NCBI GenBank assembly: GCA_043228905.1
Contig: JBHGNT010000009.1
Location: 20,584,001 to 20,648,000, forward strand
Length of the DNA: 64,000 bases
Direction: 5' to 3'
DNA from: Azolla caroliniana
Taxonomy: Eukaryota; Plantae; Polypodiophyta
How positions within the stretch are numbered: position 1 is the stretch's first letter; every line of letters begins with the position of its first letter. Position numbers and translations under genes: made by a program. Below, piece after piece: positions 38,237 to 50,600 of this stretch. The notes below the pieces were generated by a model, which made no database searches, was not told where the DNA came from, and was given only the letters and a program-made list of their open reading frames with translations.

Positions 38237-39208
38237 AGGGAGTTGTCTCTTAGCAATCGAGACTTCAAAAATGTGTGCTTTTATCCACAGAAAGCTTGTA
38301 AAGAGATGTTATGGTTGAAGCAATTCCTACATGAGTTGGGCTTGGTGCAAGAAAGGTATAATTTGCATTGTGATAGTCAGAGTGTGATACATTTATGCAA
38401 GAACTCTTCCTTTTATTCTAAGTCTAAACACATTGATGTGAGATACCATTGGATCGAGATGTGCTTGAAGAAATGCAAATGCATGTTGAGAATGGCTTCA
38501 ACATGATGATGACAAAGTGGTTGCGAAGAGAGAAGCTTGAAGCTTGCAAACAAAAAACAAGTTTGGTTATGCCCCCCACTTGAGATGGAGGGAAAGAATT
38601 GTGGGGATTTTTCCACTCAAGTGGAACCGACAACCAAAATGCAATATAACTAAAAAGGTAGGGGCTATTTGTATAATTGTTGCACTACATTTTACTTATT
38701 GTCCATATGCCACTACGGAAAGGTAAAGTAAGAAACGAAAAGTAAAAAGAAAAAAAAAAATCCGCTTGGTTGAAAATAAGAAAAAAAAAGTGAAAAACAA
38801 CGTCAAAAAATAGAGAGGGAGGGTGATCAATTAAAAAGAGGCACAAGAGACAAGAATCAGAGGAAGCTTGAGATATTGTTGATCTCAACTAGCACAACCT
38901 ACTACTTTGTCATATGGGGAAGAGTTATCTTCTCCATCGATCTCACACACTACTCAATGTACATAAAAGTAAATCTTCCTACCTCCTTAGTGCAACATCG
39001 GGGTAGAAACAAGACAACAAACAAAATATATCGAGGGTGGTTTATTTTGATGTAATTGGAAGGAGACATGCTCCAAACATCCATTGACGTTGATTTTCTT
39101 TATTTTCCAAGTGTGGTGAAAATTTTCCACTTGAAACCAAGTTTGTTGTAAACTTGATGGTTCAATATATCCTAAATACAATAGGTTTTTTAAATTTTCA
39201 TTCCCATA
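38237..39208 (+). mobile_element. 3' remnant of an older Copia (element E): RNase H end, PPT and probable LTR ~38600-39208
   Basis: ACKEMLWLKQFL...CDSQSVIHL...SKHIDVRYHW. A purine tract precedes TGTGGG at 38600. The LTR end is tentative. Confidence 0.65.
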
Positions 39209-39560
39209 TCTAATCAACAATACTTAAGGTTAAAAGAAAAAGATTTCATTTTATTTTTGATGCCCCATTAACTTCTTGATCGCCCTAAGAGCTCCCTTCA
39301 TATGATTAATCATGCAATTATATCTTTATAAGGTCACCAATTAATTCAATTATCCATACTATGGTTATTTATCAATCCTAGAGTTAGTTATATAAGCCTA
39401 AAAGTCAACACACATGTGACTCAATTGAGTTGGTCATCAATGTGTCAATTAGTCAATCTAGACAACATTGATTCCATTGAGTTAGATTACTGACCATCGA
39501 CTTAATCAAGTCAAATTGCTCATCTTTGACTCAATTAACTCAAAATGGCTTAATTGAGTA

Positions 39561-39788
39561 GGAATCAGCTCAATTGAGTCATATTTCTCATATGTGACAC
39601 AATAAAGTCAAATTTGATTGAAGAAGGAAAATAGTCATCTTTGACAAAATCAAGTCAAACTTGACTCAATCGAGGGAATCAGCTCAATTGAGTCATATTT
39701 CTCATATGTGACACAATAAAGTCAAATTTGATTGAAGAAGGAAAATAGTCATCTTTGACAAAATCAAGTCAAACTTGACTCAATCGAG
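39561..39788. repeat. Perfect 2 x 114-bp tandem duplication within a CTCAATTGAG-palindrome-rich tract
   Basis: Units start GGAATCAGCTCAATTGAGTC at 39561 and 39675. Confidence 0.9.
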
Positions 39789-42592
39789 TCTCCTTGAAAG
39801 CATATGTATACAACCCGTCTTGATTAAATGACTCCCCCTACCATAGTAAGGAATGTGGGATTTGGCCTTGTAAATGGTCCAATTTCCTCTTCCCTATGGG
39901 AACTCTAACTACAAACCTAGCACTCTAGCATGTCGTATCTGAGATAAAAATGTCAAGCTACAGAATAGAAGGCTCAACTCATTGCCATGAGTTGAACAAT
40001 GTAACAATCCTTGAACAAAACCACGAGGAGCTCACCATAGAGCTTAAGAGTAATCAAGTGAGAATTACATAGGTGTTCTAGTTATTTAATAGAAACTCAT
40101 TGCATTGAAACCAAATTCTGAAGAAATTTTATAACAACTTGGAAAGAAACCTATAGAACGAACAATACTTCTAGCAAAAGAATTGAGAAAAGAACTTGGA
40201 AAGAACACAAGCAAACTACAAGCAAAAGAAACTACAAGCAAATGAGATAGAGAAACACTAAAAGATTCCATCATCCGGTAGAGAAAAGAGTTGAGCATGC
40301 AAGTTGGCCACTTGAATACCAACTACATTTGCACACCTTCATTACTCTTTGGAAGCACTTGTCCAATATAAACTGCCCACCTTGCAATATCCCACTTTGG
40401 TTTAGACATCCAATGACTAGAGAATGATATTTCAAGATTGGTGGCGACACACGCCATCAATAGTTGTCAATCGCCAACAAACTAATACCCCAGCTCGTAT
40501 CAAAGGTGTTATTGGCAAAGGTTGAGGGTTGTTTTCATGGATTATAATTAGCCTTATCTTGCCAAATGCCATCGCTTATATTTGGTCCTTTCTTTGATGA
40601 TATAGACTTGTGGAGATGGAAAATATTATGTACTATTTGTATACTGCCTTTGGAATTTTTAATTTTAATACCAATGGAGCATAGTTTTTATGGAAAAAAA
40701 AACGTCATTGTTAACGATAGGGGGGAAATGACAAAAATTAGCAAAATGGTCCCCAAACTCACTAGCCATGGGGACTCACATGACCCCATCGCACCTAATG
40801 CATGATCCAAAATTACAAAAACATGAGAAACAAGGTTTAAGCTTTGGTAAGTGAATGTCTCACCCTAGTCAAACCATTTGCAAGTGCACATCCATTTCGC
40901 AAGGGAAGATGATGTCTTAATTGGATAAAGATGGTGATGTCCAAGAATGTTTGTTTTTCCCCCTTTTCTTACTTTTAAAAAGTGATTAGAAATACACCTA
41001 AACATTGTGGCTAGAAACACTAACATTCCCTACCATACCTGAGTGGGTACTGCTCTAGAATTCACCCCATTTGAAGTAGATGATTCGAACTTCACATCCA
41101 TTGTAATAGTTAACAATGTCACTCATACTACTGACATATATGGCGTGGAATATTCCATTACTTTCATTGTCACTCAATTTGCTAACCAAATACCCTTATG
41201 GCTACCCACTTGGTTGTCCGCTTTCGAGCAGGTAAGTTGGCTATTGACCCTTGTAATGATATCTTCTCTACGAGGAAGGAAAACAAAACCTATTGAATTC
41301 AAGTTTACATACGAGAAGTGCATGAACAAGAGCGTAACCCCTTAATAGATGACCAATCCATGACCACCGACATGGAAGCCATTTTACTAGCTTAGAGGCC
41401 AAAAGCTACTAATGTTCCTTGAAATATGATGAATGGACAATCACCTTGGACAATCTATAATTAAGTGTTGAATTGGTTACGTATACTAGTTACAGTGGAT
41501 TGAGATTGTATCTCATAGACATGAAATCTTATCATGAGGATGGGGTGAGCATATAATGTTTTGTAATTAGCATGAAAATAACACTTTTTGAATGTTTAGA
41601 ACTAGTGGTGCTGCCTCTCAAAATACTAAGTTCTAACCCTACAATGAGTCACCTATACATCAAAAGCCTTGTAATGCATGAATGTATACCATAACTAGAA
41701 ACTAAGCTAAAGAAAAAATTTGCATGGCCCAATGTTCTTGAAATGGTGGCTAAAAGACTACATGTATATGGGTCAAGAAGTTATTTGGTAGGTATAGAAA
41801 AAACTCGTCATCCATGGATAGCATAAGGGATATGATTGAGAGAAAACGAAAACAATCCCAAGTGGTCGGCAATTGTACATACTATACCGAAACCCGAGGA
41901 TCACTCCAACAAAAATTCTATTTGATATTTAATTTTCTTTATTTCTTACACACTATGAACAATGTTAATCTTTATAAAACCAAGTGGCAAGTTCCACCAT
42001 GAGATGAAAGCTAACAAAATTTGATCTTGATGTATTAGAGAATTTACTTTTGGATGAATGGTGTAATTTGGTGGATTATAAATTGTTATGAAAATTTGTA
42101 GCTACTTGAGGTTTGCCACAATATTTTCAGATCGAAATTCTAATTCTTGAGCAAAAACCTATGTAAAGAAGTGTTATTTTCATAAGAGGTGAAATTCTAT
42201 CTAAGAATTCCCATGGTTGAATTTTTATTCTCCCTTAAGCACTTCGAGACAATCAGAACAAAATGTTTTGTGCTTGAAAATCCAAGCACCAAAGCGTATT
42301 CTATGTCAGAGAGAAGAAATCTGATCATCATAACCTGTAAACTGAGCTAAAACTCAGGTGTTCCATTAATCAAATGGGATTTGTCGGGAAGAGACTCTCC
42401 ATGGATTGAATCTTGATGGCTAGTGGAAATCCTCCTCCATGAAAGCGGAAAGAATAAGAGGCTAGGCAACCTCTACTGCTTGCTACAAGCAACAGCAGAA
42501 GGAAGAAAAAAGAACAAAGGGGCAACAAAGGAAGGACTACTTCTCCCAAGGCGACACAAGCCAAACATAACACCCAACATAGTACCTACAAC

Positions 42593-43629
42593 TAGGGATC
42601 GGCAACGGTTCGGTTTAGGCTTAGCCGGTTTGGCCTGATCCAGGCCAAACCGGCTAAGCCTAAACCGTTTACAGGATCTCAAACCTGAGCCGAGCCGAGC
42701 CGGTTCACAAACCGGTTTAGGCTAAACCGGCTTGTAAACCGGTTTCCAAACCGGCTTGGAAACCGGTTTAGAAACCTCTGTCTCTCTCTCTCTCTCTCTC
42801 CCTACCTCCCTCTCTCTCTCAGATGATCCCTCCCACTCTCTCTCACTTCTGTGGTCTCGACTCTCTCTTCCTCTCCCTCTCTCCCTCTCCCTCTCTCTCC
42901 CCTCTATGTAAATCCTCTCTCTCTCCCCTCTATGTAGTTCCTCTCTCTCTCTGTCTCTCACGTCTATGGTCTCGACTCTCCCTCCCTCTCTCTCTCTCTC
43001 CCCTCTATGTAGTTCATCTCTCTCTCTCTCTCCCCTCTATGTAGTCTCTCTCTCTCTCCCCTCTATGTAGTTCCTCTCTCTCTCTCTCTCTCCCCTCTGT
43101 GTAGTCTCTCTGTCTCTCCCCTCTATGTAGTTCCTCTCTCTCTCTCTCTCTCTCCTTATATGTTGTCTCCCTCCCTCTCTCTCTCCTCGTTTGTGTAGTC
43201 TCTCTCTCTCTCTCTCCTTATATGTTGTCTCCCTCCCTCTCTCCTCGTTTGTGTACTCTCTCTCTCTCTCTCTCTCCTTATATGTTGTCTCCCTCCCTCT
43301 CTCTCTCTCTCTCTCTCCTTATATGTTGTCTCCCTCCCTCTCTCTCTCTCTCTCCTCGTCTATGTAGTTCTCCCTCCCTTACTCTCTCTCTCTCTTTCCC
43401 CTTGTCTGTTGTCTCTCTCCCCCTCTCTAAAGTTTATAAACGGCTTAAACGGTTTAGCCGGCTTAGCCGGCTTGAGCCGGTTTGGCGAGGCTGAAGCCAA
43501 GCCGAGCCGAGCTCAAACCGTTAAGGCAAGTCCAAGCCTAAACCGAGCCGAGCCGCTAAGCCGCTAAGCCGTTTTCAAGCCGGCTAAGCCAAACGGTTTA
43601 GGCTTGAGCCGAGCCGTTGCCGATCCCTA
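42593..43629. mobile_element. Non-autonomous hAT element (MITE-like, 1037 bp) with a (CT)n core
   Basis: TIR TAGGGATCGGCAACGG / CCGTTGCCGATCCCTA. Perfect 8-bp TSD CCTACAAC (42585-42592 and 43630-43637). Subterminal AAACCG/AGCCG repeats. Confidence 0.95.
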
Positions 43630-43799
43630 CCTACAACCACTTGATGTGTTGACATCATCCCTACGTCAATCATCTCCCCCCCCCTCCATTTTTCACACTC
43701 ACTCATTCTTTAGACCCACCCATGAGTGACGGAAGCTCAATTTCCTCAAATACCCCTGCATACCTCACATAAACACACACATGTACAAATATACACAAG

Positions 43800-44110
43800 T
43801 AGGAATCGGGCCATCGGCAACAGCTCGGCTCAAGCCTAAACCGAACAATTAAGCTGTTCTAAACAGTTTGGTTCAGTTCGGTTTAAGCTTGAGCTGAGCT
43901 ATTGCCGGTTTGGGCTCAGTTTGGGATGGCACAAGCCCAACCGAACCAACTTGGGCCAAACCTGTTAGGGCTTAATCGGCTTGGCTAAACCAGTTTAGGC
44001 TTAACAAGTTTGGTCAGATGGCTTCACCAGTTTAAGAACCAGTTCAGTTCAAGTTTGAAAGTCCCAAACCAGTTAAGGCTTAACCGGTTTGCCCTTGCCG
44101 CCAACCCAGA
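43800..44110. mobile_element. Older degenerate relative of the adjacent hAT MITE, inverted
   Basis: ATCGGCAACAGCTCGGCTCAAGCCTAAACCG matches the reverse complement of the MITE right end. Decayed AAACCG-type repeats; no clear TSD. Confidence 0.65.
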
Positions 44111-44616
44111 TACACCAAACTACAAAAAAATCCCTCTGGTTCACTTCTTAACCTCTTTATAAAGATTTGATGAATCAACTGCCAAACCTACAATTACTGC
44201 AATTTGATTTCATATAGAGATTTAGTGAATATTAACACATGATTCTCAATCATCATTTTCATCCCGGCGTAAAGTAGAGTTCTAACATAAATTGTTACAA
44301 CCATCGTTTTTGACTCATCAGCTAACTAACTGCCCTAAACATTGGGCTGCACTAAACAAAAGGCATCCAAAAATGGATAGGACGCGGATGGCCTCTTGTG
44401 GAAGAAAACTGCAGGATATATGCTCGAATTATTGTACAAAGAATGAGGTACACTTTACTTTCCTTTTGAACACTTCTTGCCCACAAGCTTAAATTGGGAA
44501 GAAATTCAGGCTAAGGATAGATAGATTTACAAGAAACGCTAGAGCTAATTTACAACTGTTCCCAGCCCAAACATGAGAGGAAACAGATCAATGAGAATAG
44601 ACAGTGGAACAGACAA

Positions 44617-47600
44617 TCAATAAGGGTGGTGTGTAGATCTCCGACATGTAGCCCTTGATGGAGCAGTATAAATCTGATGATCATCAAACCTTTCAATTGT
44701 TGACTCTGCTTCAGCTAGTTCACAAGCTCTTTCTTGTAACAGCTTATCGCATATCATTACCAAACGATCTGCCAAAGGTGGAATTCCTGGATTCCGGTGA
44801 TCATTGTAAATATGTGCATTCTCTGCTATTTGCCATACATCACTACGGAACTCCTCTCCGCTTTTGTAAGTCAACTTCCTCGCTTTCTCACGTATTGTTG
44901 CCAAGTCCATTGGGTACTTGATCACATCCAAGTAATCAGGTGCATCTTTTTTTGTAACTGGCTTCAAAAACAGCAAAGAAACATCACTTTTTCTCAAGAT
45001 ATCAGCAACACTCTCAAGAATATTTGCCAGCAGTACCTGCCAGAAAGCAAACAGTTATACAGGGTACAGAGGTCACCAAAAAGTGGAACTGAAATCTGGC
45101 AACACAGTAAAATTAAGCATTACAAAAAGTAATTAGAAACAAATTTCAAAACACTCAACAATATCATAGTGGGTAAAGCGCTGCTGTCAAAACCAAAAAC
45201 AGTGTTCCTGTAATCTGACGAACACATCTAGATTACAGGAACACTGTTTTTGGTTTTAAACGAAACAGAACTGATATGGATAAGTGAGGAATGCACCTCT
45301 CCACCCTTCCTCCTTTTATGCTGGTGGTGAGCATACTCTGGAGCATTATCCAGAGAGTCCTCATCAATTGAGGCCCGCCTCTTTGCATTGATGCTCCTCT
45401 CCTGATATGGTGATGTTTTATCTCTAGAAGCCCTTTTTCCATGAGATTTAACCCTATCTTTTCTTGTATTGTGCTTATCCCTGTCAGGATGTTTTCTTGC
45501 CGGTGGATGTTCCCATTCAATTTCCTCTTGTTCCTGCTCCGACTCCGTTTCCTCTTGCCATCTTTGTCTCTCGGTTTGTTCCCTATGTAGCTCCCTTTCC
45601 CTTTCCCAGTGACGCTCTGACTCTTTCCTCAGCATGTCCCTCTCAGTTTCTTGCCATTGGTAGGCCCTCCCCATTTGTGGTCTTGGCTGCACTACATCTC
45701 TTCTTTGCTGCCCCCTCTCTATTTCCAGCTTCTGATGATCCATTGCTAACCACTGCCTTTCTTTTCTGAACTTTTCTTTTTGCGATTGCTCTCCCATCTT
45801 CCGTTCCAGCAACTTTCTTTCAGCATCTGCATTTTCCTTCAACTCTATCTGCCTTTCTTTTTCCTCTTCTGCTCTTCTCCGTTTCTTTTCCTCTCTTGCT
45901 AAGGCCTTACGTTTTTCCTTTTCTTCTCTCCGAATTTTCTTTTCTTCACGCTTGCTACTTACTTCAAACAGTTCTTTCTCCAACCTTTCGTCGTCTGACT
46001 GTGTGCGGAAGAGGTTCTCTTCGGTAAATTTTCTAGGGAATGTTGGAATTTTAGTCCTGAAACGACCATCACTCTCAGTATCAGCCTCAGTTTTCATATA
46101 AAAACCATGCTGTGCGTGATCCCAAGCAAACATCCCTGATGTTTCTTTCTTTTCTCTGCTAGGTGATTCACAATGACTAGCTGATTCCAAACTGTTAATC
46201 TTGATTTCTTTATTTTCACGAATTTCCAAGTTGCTTCTTGGTCTTTTATGAATCTTTATCTTCTTTACAACACTAAAACTTTTTTCAATCGCTTTTGATG
46301 CATCTCCTGTTGAAACTTTACCACTGCTGGCAGGGGGCACAGAACTATCAACCACTCTACTTGTGCTTGGTAGTGCTGCATCAAAATTGCTAGGAAAAGG
46401 AAGCTTAATCTTCTTTATGAGACTACTCTTTTCTGATGCTGTATTTGTGCTTGATGGTACAGAATCAAAATTGCCAGAAAATGGAAGCTTTATTTTAAGG
46501 CTTGGAATCTTTTGTATGGTGGCACTGGTAGCTGTCTTTGGTGTTACCATAGGCACAGGACATTGCTCTTTCTCTTGCACTAGACCAGATGCAGGGCCAG
46601 AGGAAATTTTCAATGTGATCCTCGGGGTCAAAATGTTGTTAGTAGGTGAAGGTAGTTGTTGGTCTTTGTCTTTGACTTGACCAATTACAGTTTTTACAGT
46701 TATCTTTGGTGTTACAATGTTGTTTATTGGCATAGGAGGCTCTTCCTTTTCTGGTGCAGGAGTTTTGGCACCTTTCAAGGTGATTTTTGGCATCACAATA
46801 CTGCTTTCAGGAAAAGAAGCTTGGTCTTTCTCTTGAACAGGGCCATTGGCACTTTTCAATGTGATCTTGAGGCCTTGCCGGGAGGGTTGTGTCAGATCAC
46901 CAGCATCAATATTTTCAATTTTCTGAGCAGTAGCTCTTCCTTCCTCTGTGTATAAAGGACATACTTTCTTATTTGTGCGCATGTGGCCCATCTGCATTAA
47001 AATAGCATCATAGTTAGAAATACAGTATAAGCAGCTGAATGTCCAAGAAAATATTCTCATCAGGAAGTACTGTTTACCCGTCCACAAGCTCCACAAATTA
47101 AATGTATTCCCTCTCTGCCTTCACCTTTCATTGGTTTCTTTAGCTGCAATAACCACAAATTAATCAATAATAAGCATCTTATAACCTTCATCGGACATTC
47201 TCTCTAACTATGAGGGTATACAGAAAGAATTACACGTCCCCGACCCTGATCCCATACTGATACAGCTTGGCATTGTATGAAAACATGAGAGAGCCGAAGG
47301 TTTTTTTGAGAAAAAGCTTGCTAATTTGCTCAACATACAAGATTTGAAATTTTCATACCACAGAAGTTTCTAGGTAAAAGATTAAGTGGTAGCTAAACTT
47401 ATTTATACTATAGCACCATGAAGAACATTATTAATGGCAGCAAGTTAACCAAACTCACATGAATGTGGCAAAAAATAAGAAATCCATATCTATTCTCGCT
47501 CATAAATTGATGTCCAGCACACTACTCTAAGCAAAAGAATCTTCAGCATTACTCAGCCAAAGAAACCACACATTCCCATCATGGGGTGATGGAGAGCAAG

Positions 47601-50600
47601 AAACAAAGAAGAAAGATATATTAATGTCTTTTACGAGGCCAAAATGGCCTATAAGACCAAACAAGAGAAATGGAAGCCTGCACGCAAGACACATGGACGC
47701 GCAAAGCATGGCATGAAGAATGAAGGTTGGAGATGTCAGCAGAACTTTGGTTATGTGGTCGCTATGTTAAATATATAATGCAAGTGTTTGTTTTAATTCA
47801 TGTAGTTTGATTCAAAGAAAGTGTCTAACCTTCTTCCCATCCTTCATGAAAGTTGTCTGTTTCACTTTTTTGGATAGAGGTAACATTTTCTTTTCCTTGA
47901 AGAAACCTCCATTCTGTGAGCCATTCTTCCTAGCCAAATATAACGCCACCTACACAACAAAATTTACCAAGGTTAAGGAAGTAATCGTGATACACATGAT
48001 ACATTGGTTTTCAGGGAAATAAATGGTTACCTCCTTAGGGTCAGTAATTAGAACTTCTCTTGATATGTAAGTGCCATCTGACTGTTTGGTGCGGATAATG
48101 CGTTTAATGATTTTCTTTTTCTTGGTTTCCCCCACTTTGCCATCATCTTGTGGCTCTGTTTTTTGTGCTTTCAAGATAGTATCAGGCTCCTTCTCATTAA
48201 TCCACATTTTTTTCTTCTTTTTGACATCGTCTGCTTCATCATCTGTATAGAGGGATAATAGGAACATAAATACCTTTCTCTTAGTAACATGACATCTTCC
48301 AGATCAGGGAGAATAATGATGTCCATGAACTCTCGATCTACACTCTTCTTAATACATACCTTCCATTAACATACGTCGAAGCTCTGCTGCTTCTGCCACT
48401 TCATCTTCTATATCCTCCTCTCGCTGGGCTTCCAATGCTCTCCGCCGTGCACCAGTTCCTCTGATTGCTTCTTTTTTATTTTTTGTACTGGTCACTTCCT
48501 CAGTCTCCCCTTCCTCTGCTTCCAAGAGATTTTCAAGATCACCAGCAAATGAGTCCAGATCCTCATTTGCCTCACCTTCACTTTCAGAATTTTCTTCATC
48601 AACCACTGAAAGACTCTGGGCTTGGCGATCCCAAATCTCTTGGCATTTTTCTCGAATTTGTTGCTGAAGTTGAAGAAAGGACATGCGCTGACCACGTGCA
48701 AACTTATTAAGAGCTGAATCGCCCAGCTTGATTCCTGATGCAGCCTGCTCACTAGAGAGTTTTCTAACCAATGCAATACGGTGCCATCGTGTCAATTTTT
48801 CAATTTGGCTCTCGGCAACATTAAACTTGAGGAGAACCTGTAATTGAGAAACCAAACTTTGTAGGTCCAATTTGATATCGAAATTTATAGACTGCTCCCT
48901 TTTATTCTTACATCTAACCATGCAAGTTGGTTTAAACCTACAGTAGATTAAGTAGAAACTCACTTCACGAGCAGCATCCATACTAAGGCGTCGTAGGTCA
49001 GCATTTGTGCCCGTGACAGCCCCTCCGCCTCGTGCTGCGGCTGCTTTCTTTTCTACAATTGCAGTAGATCCAGGGGGTTTTGGAGCAACTCTCAAATAGC
49101 TGAAACCAAGACCTCTTCCTGATGGATCGCCTGCTCCTGTAATTTCAAGCCTCTCAAGACTTCTACGACCCTGATAACATAGAAAGTTTGAGGTTGAACA
49201 CTTGCATAAGGAAATTTTGACATGTGATCAATTTAAAAGGTCTTACCTGCAGATTGGCTGCAACAAAGTTGCAACTAAGATTCCATGGTGTGATTTGCAG
49301 TTCCCTCTCTATATGGGATGCTGCCGCCAGCACAAGAGCTTCATCAGGTAACTGGTTCATTGCCGCACTGAGCCCTGATGGGTGCGTCAATCTGCTTACA
49401 CCGATGCGCTTCAGATGATACACACCAGCCTGCATACTTTCATATGCGCAGACCTGACCAGAACACAAAAAATGTCAGTTGACTAAGGGTAGGGATACAT
49501 GGGATTAACCAATATTACAATGCTAAATAATAATTACATTTTCAGGGGTAAGCATTCTTCGAAGCTCCTCTTCTGATGGAATTCTGAAATTTGGTTTCAT
49601 AACAATCCACATCTCACCACCAAAAGCTCTCTACAATCCATCACACAATTTCTCAAATAAATGAAAACTCTCCAACAGAATTCAACACTGTAGAAAGTCC
49701 GAGATCTATAGGATCAGTTTACTCAACCAGAAAGATAGAACTGTGTTTCTTGAACTTTACACAAATACCCAAAGACTCACTTGGAGTCATCAAAGACAGT
49801 TTACGGACTAAAATAATTTTATGATACCATATGCTACTTATCACTGCACTTTAGGTCATAATAGACAACGTTTTATGATAGTTTACAGACTAAAATAGCT
49901 TTATGATACCATATGTAAGATTTCCAAGCACAGGTTTTTATAATTCATACAGACAAAAAAAGATGTCATTCTTTTCAAATTTGGCAAAGCAGAAATTAAA
50001 AGATATTGATTTTTGCCTGAAGATCTGCGCAATGCCTCAAGCGCTTCCTCAAAAACCCATCACTAAGTGATGGAAACTGTGCTATAACCTCGTCAGCGCG
50101 TAACCTTGTCAGAGCTCCTGGTTTCTCATTGCTTCGAAACTCACGGTACAAGTATACCAAAAACCTGTTATGAAGATATGTCTGAACAATTTTTGAGCTT
50201 GGAGAAAACACTTCCATGTGGGGCTCCTAAAAATAAAAATAAGATACCATGATTTAGAATGGATTTGAGGAAATTAAATGAGAATCTCATAAGAGACAAA
50301 TGTCACTTTACTAAGAATAGAACGAATGTTCATGAAAGCTTTGAAACAGAATGCCCTAAGCAACTATAAACAACTAACTGGCTCCACTGGCCCCTTCATT
50401 ACGTATATGTAGGTTATTAACACATAAAAGGTTCAGCCTTTTCTGCGCATATTATAATGACAGCATCTTAAGACCCAAATATCTACTGTACACCTTCCAA
50501 TTAAGATTTCTGTAAGTGTTATCATTTTCAGCAATGAATAAGAATGAATCAATATAATAAAGCATGCTAGCAGCTCTTTCAGTCAATAAATCAGCTGCAT

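Noticed and set aside
39900-42400. Possible decayed retroelement (a weak RNase H-like HHISRN phrase on minus near 41400)
   Set aside because: Too degenerate to support without a BLASTX search.
42722-43494. RE-rich and SL-rich ORFs
   Set aside because: Translations of the CT microsatellite.
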